Positions 1 through 13,759 are shown, counted from the first letter of the whole stretch. The stretch: 62,425 bases of DNA, filler included, from Diploschistes diacapsis (GCA_023645945.1; 15 parts of 15 records of this genome joined end to end with filler, not necessarily neighbours in it), one strand, 5' to 3'. A program made the numbers and translations. The notes: a model not told the origin generated them from the sequence alone.

Positions 1-139
<139 letters not shown>

Positions 140-2227
140 ATCTTTTTGGGGGGCTCGCGATCTGGGGGGATGTGACGTTGAGTTTTTGAGCAGGCAGGTC
201 CCATCATAGATTCGTAGTTGGCCCCATTACCGAAGCCAGGGCTTCTAGGCCTCGGATCTCGTGCCACCGCCCCTGCCTCCACTCTGTCATGCTACAGAGC
301 TATTGTTGTGATTGGCTGGCAGGCATTGCTCGTGCTTTCTTTTATCGAGGATGTCATCCGAAGGCAGCGACGATGATGTTCCATGTCGTTCTGCAGTACG
401 GCCCCCATCGCTGTTGAAATGTTAGACTTCCCGCTTTTAGTACACTTTAGTAAGAGATTTTCATCGGTTGGGTTTTTGGATTGAAGCTGGTGAAAGGTCG
501 TTCGTTCTATTAGTCATTATGCGCTAATACAAGATTGCTAGTAAAAGATGCATTTTTTCTGCTTCTCCATCGTCCTGGGAGGGCCATGATTTAACTTAAG
601 AGGCTAAGAACACATGGTTAAGAGGCTCGAGCGACTGTCATGTTTCTTACGGATATAGTCCCGCCAAAGCTTGGATGGTCTGCGAGCACGGTGGATGACG
701 CTCTGCTCTTCTCCTCCTGCAGATGCCTTGACGCCACCTACCGTTAGATCTGACGACAAGCTTTCCGGCTGGGCCGTTTAGAAGACAGCTGGAAAGATGG
801 AGCACTCCGGAGTACGCTTAAGTAACGCTTATGGGGCCCTTGCAACTGTAAGATGGCAGATGATTCGTTGATGGCAGCCAAAGGCTTGCGAGATGCTCAT
901 TGCTTTTGCCAGCCGTAGTCAAAGCGCTGGTAACGGTGAAGAGCGCCACGGAGCTCAGCACACGTTAGAAGGCTTTTTCATCTATTATCCTGTTCCCCGA
1001 CAAACTCTTAGGTTATCGGGACTGCCAGCGCTGCTGGGTACGCGGTGCTGGGATTAAAGTCTTTCGACTCATTCACCACTGTGCGAGCTTTATGGTACTT
1101 TGTACCGACAGTTGTTTTAGAGCGTACTTTGACGGCAACAACTTGGGCATATGCATATTCACAAAAGTAGCCACAAGTGCACGAGAAGTCGACAGTGGGA
1201 ACCGTTCGAATGCGGGGAAGAAGAAATAGGCCCAAAATGGTAAAATGTAACGTCAAAGCCAGGCAGAAAACGGTGTCAGGTGAGGTGGTCACAGCCTTGG
1301 AATGATATTGTGGGCCAGAAAGGTGCAAGCACGGCAAGGTCCTTCTGGACGTCGAAGATCAGATGAATGGCCTCCCATGCTGAAAATCAAACACGCAGGG
1401 GAGCTGAGGGCTCATGCTTGTGAATGGAGACGGACTCATTTCACGATCCTAGTTGCAGTGGATGAATCCTAGGAACAGGAAATAGGGGGGAGCTTCTGCG
1501 TTCTTCTCAAAAATCTAGAGGGATGGAGGGGGCCATGGTTCCGGGAATGGGGACTTCAAGCTAATGATCCAAACTGACGCATGCTTGTTGTCTTGTGGTA
1601 GGGAGATAGCTACTAGCAGTAGAGCAGCAACGGTTCAAGCTCCTATCTATCACTACTGCATCTTGAGATCCGCTTCGACCAACAACGTCGGGTAATCTTT
1701 TTATTGATAATAGTAATAGGTTATTTGTTCGGAAATAGTTGGTTGTATGTATATTTACCTGATCGGTAATTATTAATATTTATATTTATATAAAACGCGG
1801 ATCGCGAACGATGTTTTTACGGATTAAATCATTAATCTGAAACGAATAACTTATTAATTGGATAATTTAGATCTATTTAAGGTCATTTATACTTATCGCG
1901 ACTCGTTCGTATCGACGCCGGTTCTTATATTTCGTAAATTTACCGTTAATTCCTTTACGTTTTCTTATACTTCTTTTAGCTCGGAACTTTCTTATATTAA
2001 CTCAATCTCGCCTATCGCGTGCGCTCGCTCTCCGTTTATAACTCGTGTAAAGCCCGTGGCTACCCCGTTTAACATTATTTCTATCAGCTTTAAAACGATA
2101 ATCGAGATTTATATTAACGATCTTCCCGCGTTCATCACGAAAAGTTTTTCAAGCAAAAAAAAATTTCTGGCGAAAGTGCCTGTTTCGCGGGTTTCGCCCA
2201 TTTCGCCAGCTTTCGCCAAAACGTTTG

Positions 2228-2322
2228 GCGAAACGGGCGAAACTGGCGAAACTGGCGAAACTGGCGAAACCTGGCGAAACTAGCGAAACTGGCGAAACTG
2301 GCGAAACCGGCGAAGATGGCGA
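2228..2322 (+). repeat. 9-bp tandem repeat (GGCGAAACT)n within RIP-like AT-rich repeat DNA
   Basis: About 10 units, with inverted TTTCGCC copies just upstream (2183-2218). Confidence 0.85.
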
Positions 2323-2575
2323 GGCCAATCATTTTTATTACGTAATCAAAAAATAAAAAAGCATTTTTTTAATATTTTAAAAAAAATATTTTTTCGAAAA
2401 AAATATTAAAAAATCCGCTAATTTAGCGCCGGATAACTAGCGTTAAAAACTCGCTAAAGCTCTTACGCCGCCAATATCCACGCTTACGTAATATAAAATA
2501 CGCCATTCTTAATATTTTCGCGACAATATATAGTACCTGTTCAACCCCGTTAAATCCGATACCACTAATACTAAT

Positions 2576-2675
2576 NNNNNNNNNNNNNNNNNNNNNNNNN
2601 NNNNNNNNNNNNNNNNNNNTTAATTAATTAANNNNNNNNNNNNNNNNNNNNNNNNNNNNNNNNNNNNNNNNNNNN
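2576..2675. other. Artificial contig-joining linker (first of 14)
   Basis: Identical 44N-TTAATTAATTAA-44N spacers also start at 5250, 7923, 10594, 13263, 15929, 41202, 43867, 46530, 49190, 51845, 54499, 57142 and 59784. Confidence 0.98.
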
Positions 2676-3205
2676 GAGGGAGGAGCGTCATGGTTGGCGA
2701 GACGGGTGGAGGGGGCGTTGGGTTTGGACGAGATGCGAGGTGGGTTTGAATCATCGATCAATCATCGGTTTGATGAGCGCAAGTCTTTTTCGAACGGCTG
2801 TAAATCGCTCTTGTGAAGTTGGCCAGTCAATGTTCGCAATCGCTGGGCCCTGAGATCGTACTGCGGTTTGAAGGCATGATGGAGAGGAACAGAGGTCGTA
2901 TGATAGTTTCACTGCTATGCGGTTGGCTGGAGAAAAATGATGCCCCTTTTACTATCGATGATATTCACGCTGATGGACATACCTCTCTGCAGGATACGTA
3001 ATTGTAAAACCTGCTCGCCAACCTTATTATTATTTTTTAACCGTACTTTAGTGGCACCAAATAAAGTCTACCGGGAAGCGCACAAATATAGGTTTTCATA
3101 TTGTATTATAATGCTCTTTACTTATTAGCCTCGGGACAATATAACATAGTGAGTTACATTACCAGCCGAAGCTGGATTAGCCTAACAATCTTTACACATA
3201 AAAAG

Positions 3206-3777
3206 TTTTGCCGTAAAAACTCCTCTGGGTTTTGAAAGAAAATTAACCACACAAGTTTAATTTTAAACAATATTTTCAAACATTGCCATACGAATCAAGT
3301 TATTTTTTAATTGTAACCTTTTATTGTTACGAGCCGTACTGCATACTAAGATCTATTCGTAGGACTTCCCAAGAGTAAGCGTTAGCTTGGTCACTAGCCC
3401 CCAGGCACTTGTCGTCCATGCCTTTAGTCTGGGACCGTGATATTTAATCAGGTCAGAGTTTATTCCCATTATCACGATGAAGCACCAGATAAAATGCATC
3501 GGTGGTCTAGTGGTAGAATTGATCATTGCCACTCCCAATGCGGTATAGCGTAACATTGATCAGGCCCGGGTTCGATTCCCGGCCGATGCATAGCTTTTTG
3601 AAAAATTTGACTAAATCTAGTTCGACACACGATACTCGGCGTTTAATGAATAAGATATTCGGTCGAAAACTACAGACTAAAAAGAACAAAGTTACGGTCG
3701 CATAAAAAAAGTTAGGATAGGAAATGTTGGGTGTGGCTTGGTTTGTTCCGAAGCCCAGGGGAGTTTTTACGGCAAAA
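3206..3777. mobile_element. TIR-bounded (MITE-like) unit enclosing a tRNA gene
   Basis: TTTTGCCGTAAAAACTCCTCTGGGTTT (3206-3232) and AAGCCCAGGGGAGTTTTTACGGCAAAA (3751-3777) form a 27-bp inverted repeat with 2 mismatches. A related terminus occurs at about 25572. No clean TSD seen. Confidence 0.6.
3496..3590 (+). tRNA. tRNA-Gly(GCC) with 24-nt intron (3532-3555)
   Basis: Acceptor stem GCATCGG/CCGATGC, anticodon stem GATCA/TGATC, anticodon GCC at 3528-3530, T-arm CCGGG-TTCGATT-CCCGG, downstream T5 Pol III terminator. Confidence 0.93.
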
Positions 3778-4627
3778 TCATAATCCAGAAATCATATCAA
3801 AACTCCCTTAAGTCCGAGACGTGAAGTGCAAGCCACGAGCGACAAGCCACAAGCCACAAGTGAAAGTAACGCCACAGCTGTCCTTTTTCACATGTGACAT
3901 GATCTGACAAGTTGCTGTGGCTGAATATCACATGCCACACGCAACAGCTCTTCTTCTTATCAACACAACTTGAGGCTCTAACATTATTCTGCTCGCTTCT
4001 GAGTATTGACACTTCACTTCACTTCGCTTTATGTCATTGTACATAGGCTGCGTGATCCAACATACATCAAGGCATGCAACAGAAGAATATTGGATCTTCT
4101 GCACCATCTACGAAGCAAACAGCTACTACACCGTGCTAGAGGTCAAACAGCTACACCGTGCTAAAGGTCAAACAACATGTGAAAGTAGTACAGTCAGACA
4201 AGCTGACTTCCATACCTTCAGAGCCCACGTAAGAAAATAGCTACACAATCTCTGGAAATTGTGTAGAGACACAGGGGTTTGACGTCGCATAGGGAGTGGA
4301 GCTGTGACACTTTTCACATGTCAAGAGGCTGGGAATGCGGCCATCCTTTATCTTCAACAACACATGTAAACTCCTTTCCCTGCATGATAAAGCTCTCAAT
4401 TCCCTTTTTACTTTGTACCACTTTAGTCACACCTCTTTTCAATTGAAAATATTCCTGCCCAGTTCAAAAATCCCGGAGCGGTATTTGGTGCTTGAGCAAC
4501 ACAAGTCTTCCCCCTTGACCCCCTTCCACCAAGAGCTTCTCCAAGTTTCAAGCTCCATCAGCTTGTTTGCTACTCGCCAACCCCTTTCAATCTCTCACCC
4601 ACCCAAAGTCAAAAGACACACCCAAAA

Positions 4628-5249
4628 ATGCCTCACGCCGAATCCACCACAATGACCCACCCCAAACCCATCACCACAAACGGCGACAAGCCGAACAGCG
4701 AATTCCTCTCCGTAAGGCCCCCCACCCCCCATTCCTCACTTCACACCCAGCAACAACAGCAACGACTAACCCCCCCCATTCGGTGCAGCACCTAACCTCG
4801 TACCCGATCGTCTCCGACTCGCTCCAAGCCTACCGATCGCACCCGTACGGCCAGCAGACGCTCTCCCTGGCCCAAAAGGCCGAGTCGACCTTCCTGCAGC
4901 CGCTGCAGCCCTACGCGCGCGGCCCGCTCTCCTACCTGCACCCGTACTTGGCGCGCGCCGACTCGATCGGCAGCTCCACCCTCGCCGCCCTGGACGCGCA
5001 CTTCCCGCTCCTCACCAAGGACACCGAGACGGTCAAGAGCACGCTGGGCGGCTACGCGCTCGCGCCCATCGTCGTGCCCCTCCGGCTGGGCAGGCGCGGC
5101 AGCGACTACGTCTGGCAGACGTACGGCCGGGAGCATCGGGATTGTGGCGGGGACAAGAGCCTGGTGACCATGGGCAAGGCGTGGTTGGGCACGGGACTGG
5201 TGGTTGCCGGCGATGTGGTGCGGGGGTGCCATGAGTGGGTCGTGAGGAA
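4628..5249 (+). CDS. CAP20/perilipin (MPL1)-like lipid droplet protein, 3'-truncated by contig end
   Basis: Exon 1 MPHAESTTMTHPKPITTNGDKPNSEFLS, a GT-AG intron, then HLTSYPIVSDS...HPYG...PY...ADS.G...L, the typical CAP20-family N-terminus. Confidence 0.85.
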
Positions 5250-5550
5250 NNNNNNNNNNNNNNNNNNNNNNNNNNNNNNNNNNNNNNNNNNNNTTAATTA
5301 ATTAANNNNNNNNNNNNNNNNNNNNNNNNNNNNNNNNNNNNNNNNNNNNGGATTGTATTGTTCTGCAAGAGATGTCCGTAAGCGGATTATATACATTCTA
5401 TATGACTAATCATGTCCCCCTGCTCCTTCTCACAAACATCAATGCTCAACTTCCTTTTGCTGCTTTCTGCATTCCGAGCGTGTTATACCAGGAAGGTATG
5501 AGACGTGGGCGAAGACGCTCTCGCAAAGCTGAGACGAAGCCAATTCCTGG

Positions 5551-6885
5551 TCACTCATATGCTATATCCACCCTATGTTCTACTGAGATATCGCTAAGCG
5601 GGATTTGCCTGCTGTAATTGCCCGCTTCGCATGTCCGAGCCATATCTGTAGTCGCGGTCAAGCATTTTCTGTCAATAGACTCGCTGTCGTGACTCTTATA
5701 TCGCGATGGCCGATCCGATCTATTAAAGAACATTCGGGCCTTGGACGAATTCGAACGTGTGTATGTTTTTTTGATAGTACTCCAAACTGCAAGAGACTTC
5801 GGCACCAACTTGCGATAAGTTGGCAGACATGCGCAGAGTAGAGCAGTTCCCAATTCTATAGTCGACCAGAGTATGGCATTAGGAATTGAGGGCACTTGGT
5901 TCAGTTAGTGAGTACAAGTAATGAAGTTCTAGGGGTGATTCAACCTTCCTGGGGCGCTTGCGCGTTGTACGAGTAGACCATTCGCAATACACAGGTAACT
6001 AGAACGCTGCGAGTGGTCAGATTCAATCCAGAGGAAGACGATCAATGTGGGGTTCTCCTTACAAGCGTCCCAATAAAAACACTGCAGAAACCTTTATCTT
6101 GCGCTTGAGTGGCAACTGCAGCTTGCGGATCATGGATACCGGGAGCACAAGAATGCTGATATCCAGAAGCGAGTTGAGCAGCTCGTAAGTAAGCACAAAG
6201 TTGCCGAAGGGAAAACAGTAGCCCGTAATCGCCTGAACGGTAAGATTGTACACGGCATAGTACGGAGTACATTCGAAGATAATAACGGGAAAACCGGCTA
6301 TAAACCAGGCAACGCAGAGCGCTGTAATAACATATGTAGCTTTTTTGAATCTGGGCGTTGAGAATATTAGGCGGCAGTAGCTCAGCACAGAGATCTTAAT
6401 GGGCGTAATAGTGAGTGGGAAAAACAGGTTCAGGATCCATAGAATCTGCGATTCTTTAGTCGATTTGTACGGCAGAACTCGAAAGAGACATAATGCCTTC
6501 AAGGCCCGCTCGATCTGACCGATGTCTTGCCATGTATAGAGCTCCAACGTGCCTCGGAAGTTGAGAATTGCTACTTCGTGAGACATGTCTCATGTAAGAA
6601 TCAGCTAGGAAGCTTAATGTACATCAAAAGGCCGTTCCAACCATAGAAGCATAATAGAGCAACGAGGATCCAGAAGTCATCATTGTGTCATTGTTTCCCT
6701 GACTTAAACTTGGATAGCAAGCGAAGGATCACGGCCAGCGTGTCGAGGACAATGAAAGCAATGCAAAAGCGAAAGTTCACCTCGCCATCTGTTGAAGAGC
6801 AATCATAATGAGAAATTCTTCGCTGACGAGGGCCAACAAACGGCGTAGGTATGAGAAGCTTCGACAGAAGAGTGAGGACGAGCAA
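5551..6885 (-). pseudogene. PTH11-like (rhodopsin-domain) integral membrane protein, probably disrupted
   Basis: Motifs LRL..K...DDF, KISVL..Y..IF, D..ILVLP...I.KLQL....K..V..VFLLG and W..IE...A..CACLPT. In-frame TGA at 6688-6690 and an apparent GT>TT donor loss near 6617. Start uncertain. Confidence 0.75.
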
Positions 6886-8498
6886 TGTGCATCAGCTTCT
6901 CAATCAATGGCCTTGACTCGAGAATTAATAGCGGTTAGAAAGAGGGTGGAAGCTCGATACACCATTTGCGCGTTCCACAGACCTCTCCCTCTAAGACAGG
7001 GGAATTGGAGATTCCATCGTGGCGGAGGCACAGTTCACTCCATTTTGACGTAGCATGTGAATCTACTGCTGACATTGCCAGGGCGAAGGTGGCGGGTTGC
7101 ATCCTGGATATGCATGGTCACTTGAGGGTGTTGCCTTGAATTAAGAGGATGGTGGCAGGGCAATGTGTCCTCATTGGATCTACACGGATCAGCAGCTCAA
7201 TCAAGGTGCAGCTGAACAGAGACTTGCTTTAATCGCCGTGCTCATCGCCTTCCTTATCGGTCGGCCGGTCAGGATACACGAACGGGGGCTCGTTTAGCTG
7301 CGTTCATAGGTTTATAGCCACTCGTTCTCAGAATCAATTTCACCGCGCCGCGGTAGATGCATGACATGGATTACGAATCAAACGACTCGGCGCGATGTTA
7401 GAGCAAGAATAAGATCAGCTGACTGGAGATCTTGATAGGCAATGGCCCCATGGGTTGGTGTAACGCCTGCGGGGTAGTGTAATAGGAAAACAATGCTTCG
7501 AAGTTCCTGAAAGCATTGTCGTTAACCCAAATGGGGCTTAGGCTCTGGTGCCGGCGAAGCCTAGCGCAAGCTATAGGGTTTGGGCCCTGAGGAGCTGGCA
7601 AAAGCTGACCAATCAATACGCCGAGGCGCAACACCCTCAAGGAGAATAGTATTCGAATCAAAATGTTAAGCGCTGCGGCAATGCCCCACATACAACTCTG
7701 GTGGAATTGGCTCGGAGCTGCGCCTCAGATACAGGAGGAGCATGCTTTCGCTTTGCTGGGCCCTTGAAAAGCAGGGCGATTCGGGAGCACCACCTGCTCC
7801 CCACCCCGTCCATACAAACCTTGTAGGGCTGACAATTAATCTACATACACGCTAAATTAGGTCCCATATAAATTTATATATGTATTTTCTTAAGTTATTT
7901 AGTATTTATATCACGTGATAACNNNNNNNNNNNNNNNNNNNNNNNNNNNNNNNNNNNNNNNNNNNNTTAATTAATTAANNNNNNNNNNNNNNNNNNNNNN
8001 NNNNNNNNNNNNNNNNNNNNNNGGAGAGAATGATTCATGATGCTTTACACGGAGAAGTGCGGGGGAGGGGGGATGGTGGTGCTTCGAGATGGTGAGTGTG
8101 TGCTGATAGGGTATCAGATGGTACCCGGCTATTGCTATGTTATCTTGTCTCGACAGAGCTGCAAGGGTAAGGGAAAACACAAAGAGGGGCCACAATGAGC
8201 CCTCGAATAGAGTTGGTAGTCACGCGTTGATAGCGTTTTCATAATGCTCCATACGACCAGGCACTCTGCCACTATAGAAACGCCAGGACCTCCCTTTCAA
8301 TACCCGGCCCGCCATCATCGGCTCATATGGTACATGCGGCCATTGATTCCACCATGCGCAGCCACCCTTCCGGCCAAGACTATTCCGATACGCATGGAGT
8401 ATCCCATTTCAAATATGCATCCCAGGATACAAGGCATCCGCCATACCATGCCAGTTCCTGCCATACCAGCTACCGTCCAACCTCTTCTCTTGTTACGC

Positions 8499-10099
8499 TT
8501 AAACAGCGACGTCCACGTCGTCTCCACCATCCTCACCATGAGGCACGATCAACTCCTCCTCACCGTCGTCCGTAACAAACTTCCTCTCGCTGACATGGGC
8601 TTCTGACTTGCCCTGATCGGCAGTCCACACCATATCCCCAAACTTCCCTCTTTTCTGGCCCTCCTCGTGCTTGTAAGGACACGACCTGTTGAGGCACGGG
8701 TTGTACTTGCACATGGTCTGCAGGTGAGTAAATTTGCAGCCTTCGGTGTTGCAGTCTGCACCATTGCGACACAGGGGCATAGTCGGATGTTTGAAGGGGC
8801 AGTGTGCATTCGTGCAGTTCGGCCAAAACTTGCAGTCTTGCTCGGCTTGATGTGTTTTCTTTTGAGCTGGTGATGGATGCCGGCCAGTACACTTCCGGTT
8901 CTGGCATGCGGCGCCGAAGGAGCATTGGTCATGCAGGTCGATCGCGGTGCCAGGAGGTGCAGCAGGCGATTGGTGGGCAAAGATGCAATCTGATTTCGTA
9001 CATTTGATGTTGAACTTGCAGATTGTATCAGGGCCTAATTCTAATGTAGGTTTTTGCGAGGCGTCCTCCATTGTGGAGTCCTCTTCCATCTCGGTGTCTT
9101 GAGGCTGCGCTTGGCGCGCCTTGCCATTCGTCATGTGCTTGCTGCGCTGGTACCCGTTACGATTCGGTCTGCTCTCTACCCGTTCAAAGAGCGATTTGCC
9201 CTGCGACTGGTTTGGCTGAAAACTCGGATTGATGGCTGGTGCAGGCACCCCTGGCATCATCATGCCTTGGCCATTTGGCGACATCATTTGCGAAAGGAGG
9301 TTAAACAATTGCATTTGTTGCTGTTGAGAGAATTGCGGGTTTGCCATTGGCTGGTTGCGATTCTGCATTGGGCCCTTTGGGCCATTGGGAACACCGTTGT
9401 TGAATTGCCGGTTTCCCATACCAGCGCTTCTTGGTCCCTTTGGTGTTGGGCCTTTCGGTGGCTGTCGGTTGTGCATATTGATCCTTTCTCCGCTTTGCCC
9501 TCGAACGCGATGCAGTATTGAGTCGCCTGTTCGATCCATCTGTTTGTTGAGCTGTCCAAGAAGTCGCCTACTACCCGCCCTTCCATTAAATCTCATATTC
9601 TTGGGACCAGTCGGTCTAACGCAAAGTTAATCAAGTCAGATGCAGTAATTGCCTTCAATCCTTACATGCTAGCATCACCGGGACTATCCGTTGCGTCGCC
9701 CATTTCTGCATCAAGTGTTGCCATCTCACTAGGTTGCTGAGCATTGCGCGCAGAGTCTTGGTCGATGTATGACGGTATGGCTTGAGCAGGTGCTTGCTCA
9801 GGCGCTGGCGCTGGTGTGCTTGTGCTTTCTTTGCCACTTAAGATGTCAACCTGCTCGAAAAGCCATCGTGCAAAGTCGCGAGCGCTTTCATCCTCTGGAC
9901 CAAGATTGAGGAGATCGTTAGACAGCTCCGAAGCAATTTGGTCTTGCGCCTTCCCGTTCACAAGCATGAGTATGATGTATTCCGCCAATGCCGAATCGTC
10001 ACCTCCACCTGAGCTCCATCCGATATCCACGAGTTTCGGCTGCACGATGTTGCTGAGCCGCTCGGCCAGAGGCGTGTTTGCTTGTAAAGTCGCGGCCAT
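8499..10099 (-). CDS. NAB2: Nuclear polyadenylated RNA-binding protein Nab2 (PWI-like N-terminus plus tandem CCCH zinc fingers)
   Basis: LAEYIILMLVNGK N-terminal domain and multiple C-x5-C-x4-C-x3-H-type fingers. Exons 10099-9666 and 9615-8499. Confidence 0.9.
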
Positions 10100-11453
10100 T
10101 GTGAAAAGAAGCTGTCACAACATCAACAGAAGTGTTTGAGAGAAACCGATATATCCTCGCTTAGTCAGCAATTCTTGGCTTCTTCGCCAATTTGGCGAAT
10201 ACTGATCCCCACCACCACGTAAAGGTGATTGCTATTGATGGGGTTAAAAATACTGATTGAAATAATCAGATAGGAGGAGACATGATGGAGACGAGCCCGC
10301 GTCAGGTAAGGATATTGAATAGGAATATTGGCTAAATTGGCTTAGCATAAGGACGAAGCCAGAAACGAAGATATTTACTTAGCTCTCTAACGGGAATGTA
10401 GCATAATTATGCCTGTGTTTTTTTGGTTTTTTTTTGCCAATCTCGTGGCAGGTCAAGCCAGCGTACCGCCCCGTTTTTCTCTCGAAAACGAGGCGGAACG
10501 ACCCAGGGTTGGATTTGTCGCGCCAGAGGGAGGGGGCCGCGGAGGAGGCGCTGGGAGAGGCGAGGGAGGGGACCGCGGGAGAGACCATGATAGNNNNNNN
10601 NNNNNNNNNNNNNNNNNNNNNNNNNNNNNNNNNNNNNTTAATTAATTAANNNNNNNNNNNNNNNNNNNNNNNNNNNNNNNNNNNNNNNNNNNNAATTAAT
10701 TCTTTTATCGGGTCTTTAAACGAAAATATTTTTCGTTTAAACTCGTTGCGGGGGCTTTTTTAAGATCTTTTCCGTACTAATTCTTCGCTGGTATTAAATC
10801 CCTTAAAAATCCCTAATATAAATAACTACCGTAACGCGGGAGATTTTATAAATTATTCTTTAATCGTCGATTCGTTTTTTAAATCGTACTCTTCAACCGT
10901 TAAAATCTCGGTTGATTCTTTAAAAGTCGGAAATACTATAGGTTCTTTTTTTTGGATTTTTTTTATCAGCGGGAGCTATTATTTATAATAATTCGGTGGG
11001 TAATACTTTCGAGTTCGGTTATCGTAAATACTCGAATATTTGATTCGGTTGACGTTTTAAACTCTCGTCACGAGTGCGAAGGTAAAGTAAGCTTTTCGAA
11101 TTTGAAACGCCAGCGCAGGAATGGGATACTACACTATCGGGGGCTGGGCCTGATTCGGAAGGATTATGTGTAGCTGGGCATCTGTAGGTAAAAGGTCTCG
11201 ATTCGAAAAGCTAGAGAAGAAACTATCTAAGTAGGAGGGCAGGAATAAATAGTGTATGGGTGCCAGCCCTACGGGGTTCGGGTTCTACCCGCCTACACAG
11301 CCACCCCCTAGTATCCTTGGCACGGTTGGCACCCGTCATGTGACCCTGCCGTCATGTGATCCTGGTGGCTTGGCAGGCGCCTGGGCTGATCTGTCTCACT
11401 TCGATTTAAATAAAAGATTTATCGATTATTTATTTTAACGGGAATAATATTAG

Positions 11454-13100
11454 TGTAACAAGGACATGATGGTGGATGAATTGTATTGATAGAGGAGGAT
11501 GGGCCCTTCCAAAAGATTATGGCCTCTTGGCTCAAGCAACGCCAAGCCTATCTAATCCTATCCGGACCACATGCCGGTCCCGTGACAGTACCCCCTTCTT
11601 AAAAAGTTATTACTTCAATGGCCTTTATATCCCTACTTTTTAAAAGTATATTTATAATCATAGGTAATCTAGAAAGCAACTGGATAGCAATTTCTAGGCC
11701 AGCGCGCGACATTTATAATTCCGAAAAAACTAAAAGCTTATATAAACTTTTGGTTATAAAAGCCTTAAAGTAAACGTTTAAAATACGTTTTAAGCAAGTC
11801 CAAATCCGTTTATGTCTATATTTTATTGTTTTTAGCTATAAATCCCTTTATAGCCGTTAAGTTTAGTCTTCTTCTTGTTCGATATGTTAAGATCTTCTTT
11901 TTTATTTTTTTATAATAATTCTTTTATAAACCTTTTTGGTCTTTTTTAGATGTCTGTTTGTTATAGAGCTTGATTCTGTTCTTATTTTTGTATGCGTTTA
12001 TAAGCGTCGATGAGTTCTGTAGTATGTCTTAGTTTCTTAATATTGATCTATATATTATTTTTAAGTGGGTATTTAGCTATCTAATTAAGTATTTAGTAAT
12101 GTAGCCTTTATTTTTTTTGTATTTTCTTTTGGCCAACAATCCTTTTATCTCGAAGTTTCTTTCTTGCTCGTTAACTACGATAGGTTGGAATGGGGGTTAA
12201 CGTCGTTCGTACGGGTCGCTTTTTTATAAAATGGTTTAGAGATGGGTAATCGATACGACTAAATAAAATTTAATATATTCCGAAAAATCTAATCGGTAAA
12301 TCAGCTTTCCAACTCTCTTTAATATTTTATATAATCTCGAGAATTATTAGTTTATTACCCGATTTATTATTTTAGAGAACTTGAATCTTCGGTACAATCG
12401 TAACCTAACCTTATCGCCGACGTTGAAGAATTTAACTTAATAGCGATTATCGTAGTAATCCTTTATTATAATCTTAACCAGCGCCAATGCGTTCTTAACA
12501 TCCATTATCAATGGTCGATGCTGTACTAATATAACTAATTCTTGATCTCTTCGAGTCTCTCGCGGGAAGTACGAAAAAGGTTATAAAATATCCGCTCGAT
12601 TATTTCGTTCAATTTAGATTGCGTTTGGATGTCCTTACTACAAAAGCTATCTCTCTTACCTTCTCGTCATTACCGGGTATGTCCTTGCATTAGGCGCTCG
12701 TTGTTGTAAAACATGGTTATCTTGGTTCCTAGAAGTATAGCATCTTCGTCTGGCCTGATCTGATCTTGGCCTGTATTTGCTCGTACAGGACGATTAGATT
12801 CAACGTCTAGAGGTTTAAATCCTATTAGATCCAGGGGTTCTCGTATTTTGAATCCGTATAAGACTTTCGTAGGTATTAATTTAATCGATTGTTTTATAGT
12901 ATTGTTTAGTCCGATCTGAAGTTTCGGTAGCTTTAAAGGTTATAATCGTTTGTTTAATAACGCGGCTATGTAGTAGTATAGAGTTATTTTTATAATTTGA
13001 TTTATTTTTTTAGACGTATTATCGGTCTGAGGGTGATAGCTGGTAAATAATAAGGAATTTATATTTAATTTCTTAAAGAGTGCCCTTTAGAAGGCGGATA
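11454..13100 (-). mobile_element. RIP-degraded Gypsy/Ty3 LTR retrotransposon 3' part (integrase region, PPT, 3' LTR 11454-11587)
   Basis: Minus strand reads FTSYHPQTD (integrase motif) near 13025-13047. Purine tract AAGAAGGGGGTAC abuts a TG...CA LTR. Many TAA stops. Confidence 0.8.
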
Positions 13101-13101
13101 T

Positions 13102-13260
13102 TGTTACAATCCAAGTACCAGACTTGGCACGTCCCAGCTTTCTGTATATAGCCAACCACGGTGACGGGGGTCACGTGACTGATAGATACCCGTTAATAGA
13201 TATTTGTTAGGGATAGATCTATTCGAATAATTATTTATTAATAATAGCGCTATTGCGACA
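13102..13260. mobile_element. Probable short solo LTR
   Basis: TGTTACAAT...ATTGCGACA termini (TG..CA with short inverted repeat). Confidence 0.5.
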
Positions 13261-13759
13261 GCNNNNNNNNNNNNNNNNNNNNNNNNNNNNNNNNNNNNNN
13301 NNNNNNTTAATTAATTAANNNNNNNNNNNNNNNNNNNNNNNNNNNNNNNNNNNNNNNNNNNNATCCGATCGCAAGCGGGTCAGTTATGAATCAATACTCA
13401 ACCCACAGGTATGCTCAGCACACGGGTCAATACTCTAATCTTTTAAATTTTTATTAATTTTTATTAATTTGTACTTCACTTTCAAACTTGGAGGACAGCA
13501 TCATGTGTCAGCAGGCACATGATATTATTTGTATGGAGAATGAGCGGAGCAGGTAGTGCTCCTGAATCACACGGTTGCGAAGCTAACCATGAATATGAGT
13601 TGCAGAGGATTATAAGACCCAATTGCCGCTAAGGATGGTTCACGTGACACAAATGACGATTGGGGTTTACCTATTAGATATCATTCTTGGTTTATCGAGA
13701 GAAGAAGCAGGTATATCGCGGTCCCGCTTTCCCGGACAAGAAGTGTTTCTATTCCAACA

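Noticed and set aside
140..1700. Possible gene including ORF 1008-1337
   Set aside because: No recognisable family motif or convincing exon chain.
1858..2332. ORFs with GETGET or RQFRQF repeats
   Set aside because: Translation artefacts of the 9-bp tandem repeat in RIP-mutated DNA.
2620..2631. Recurrent TTAATTAATTAA palindrome as a biological motif
   Set aside because: Always centred in N-runs; it is an artificial linker with stops in multiple frames.
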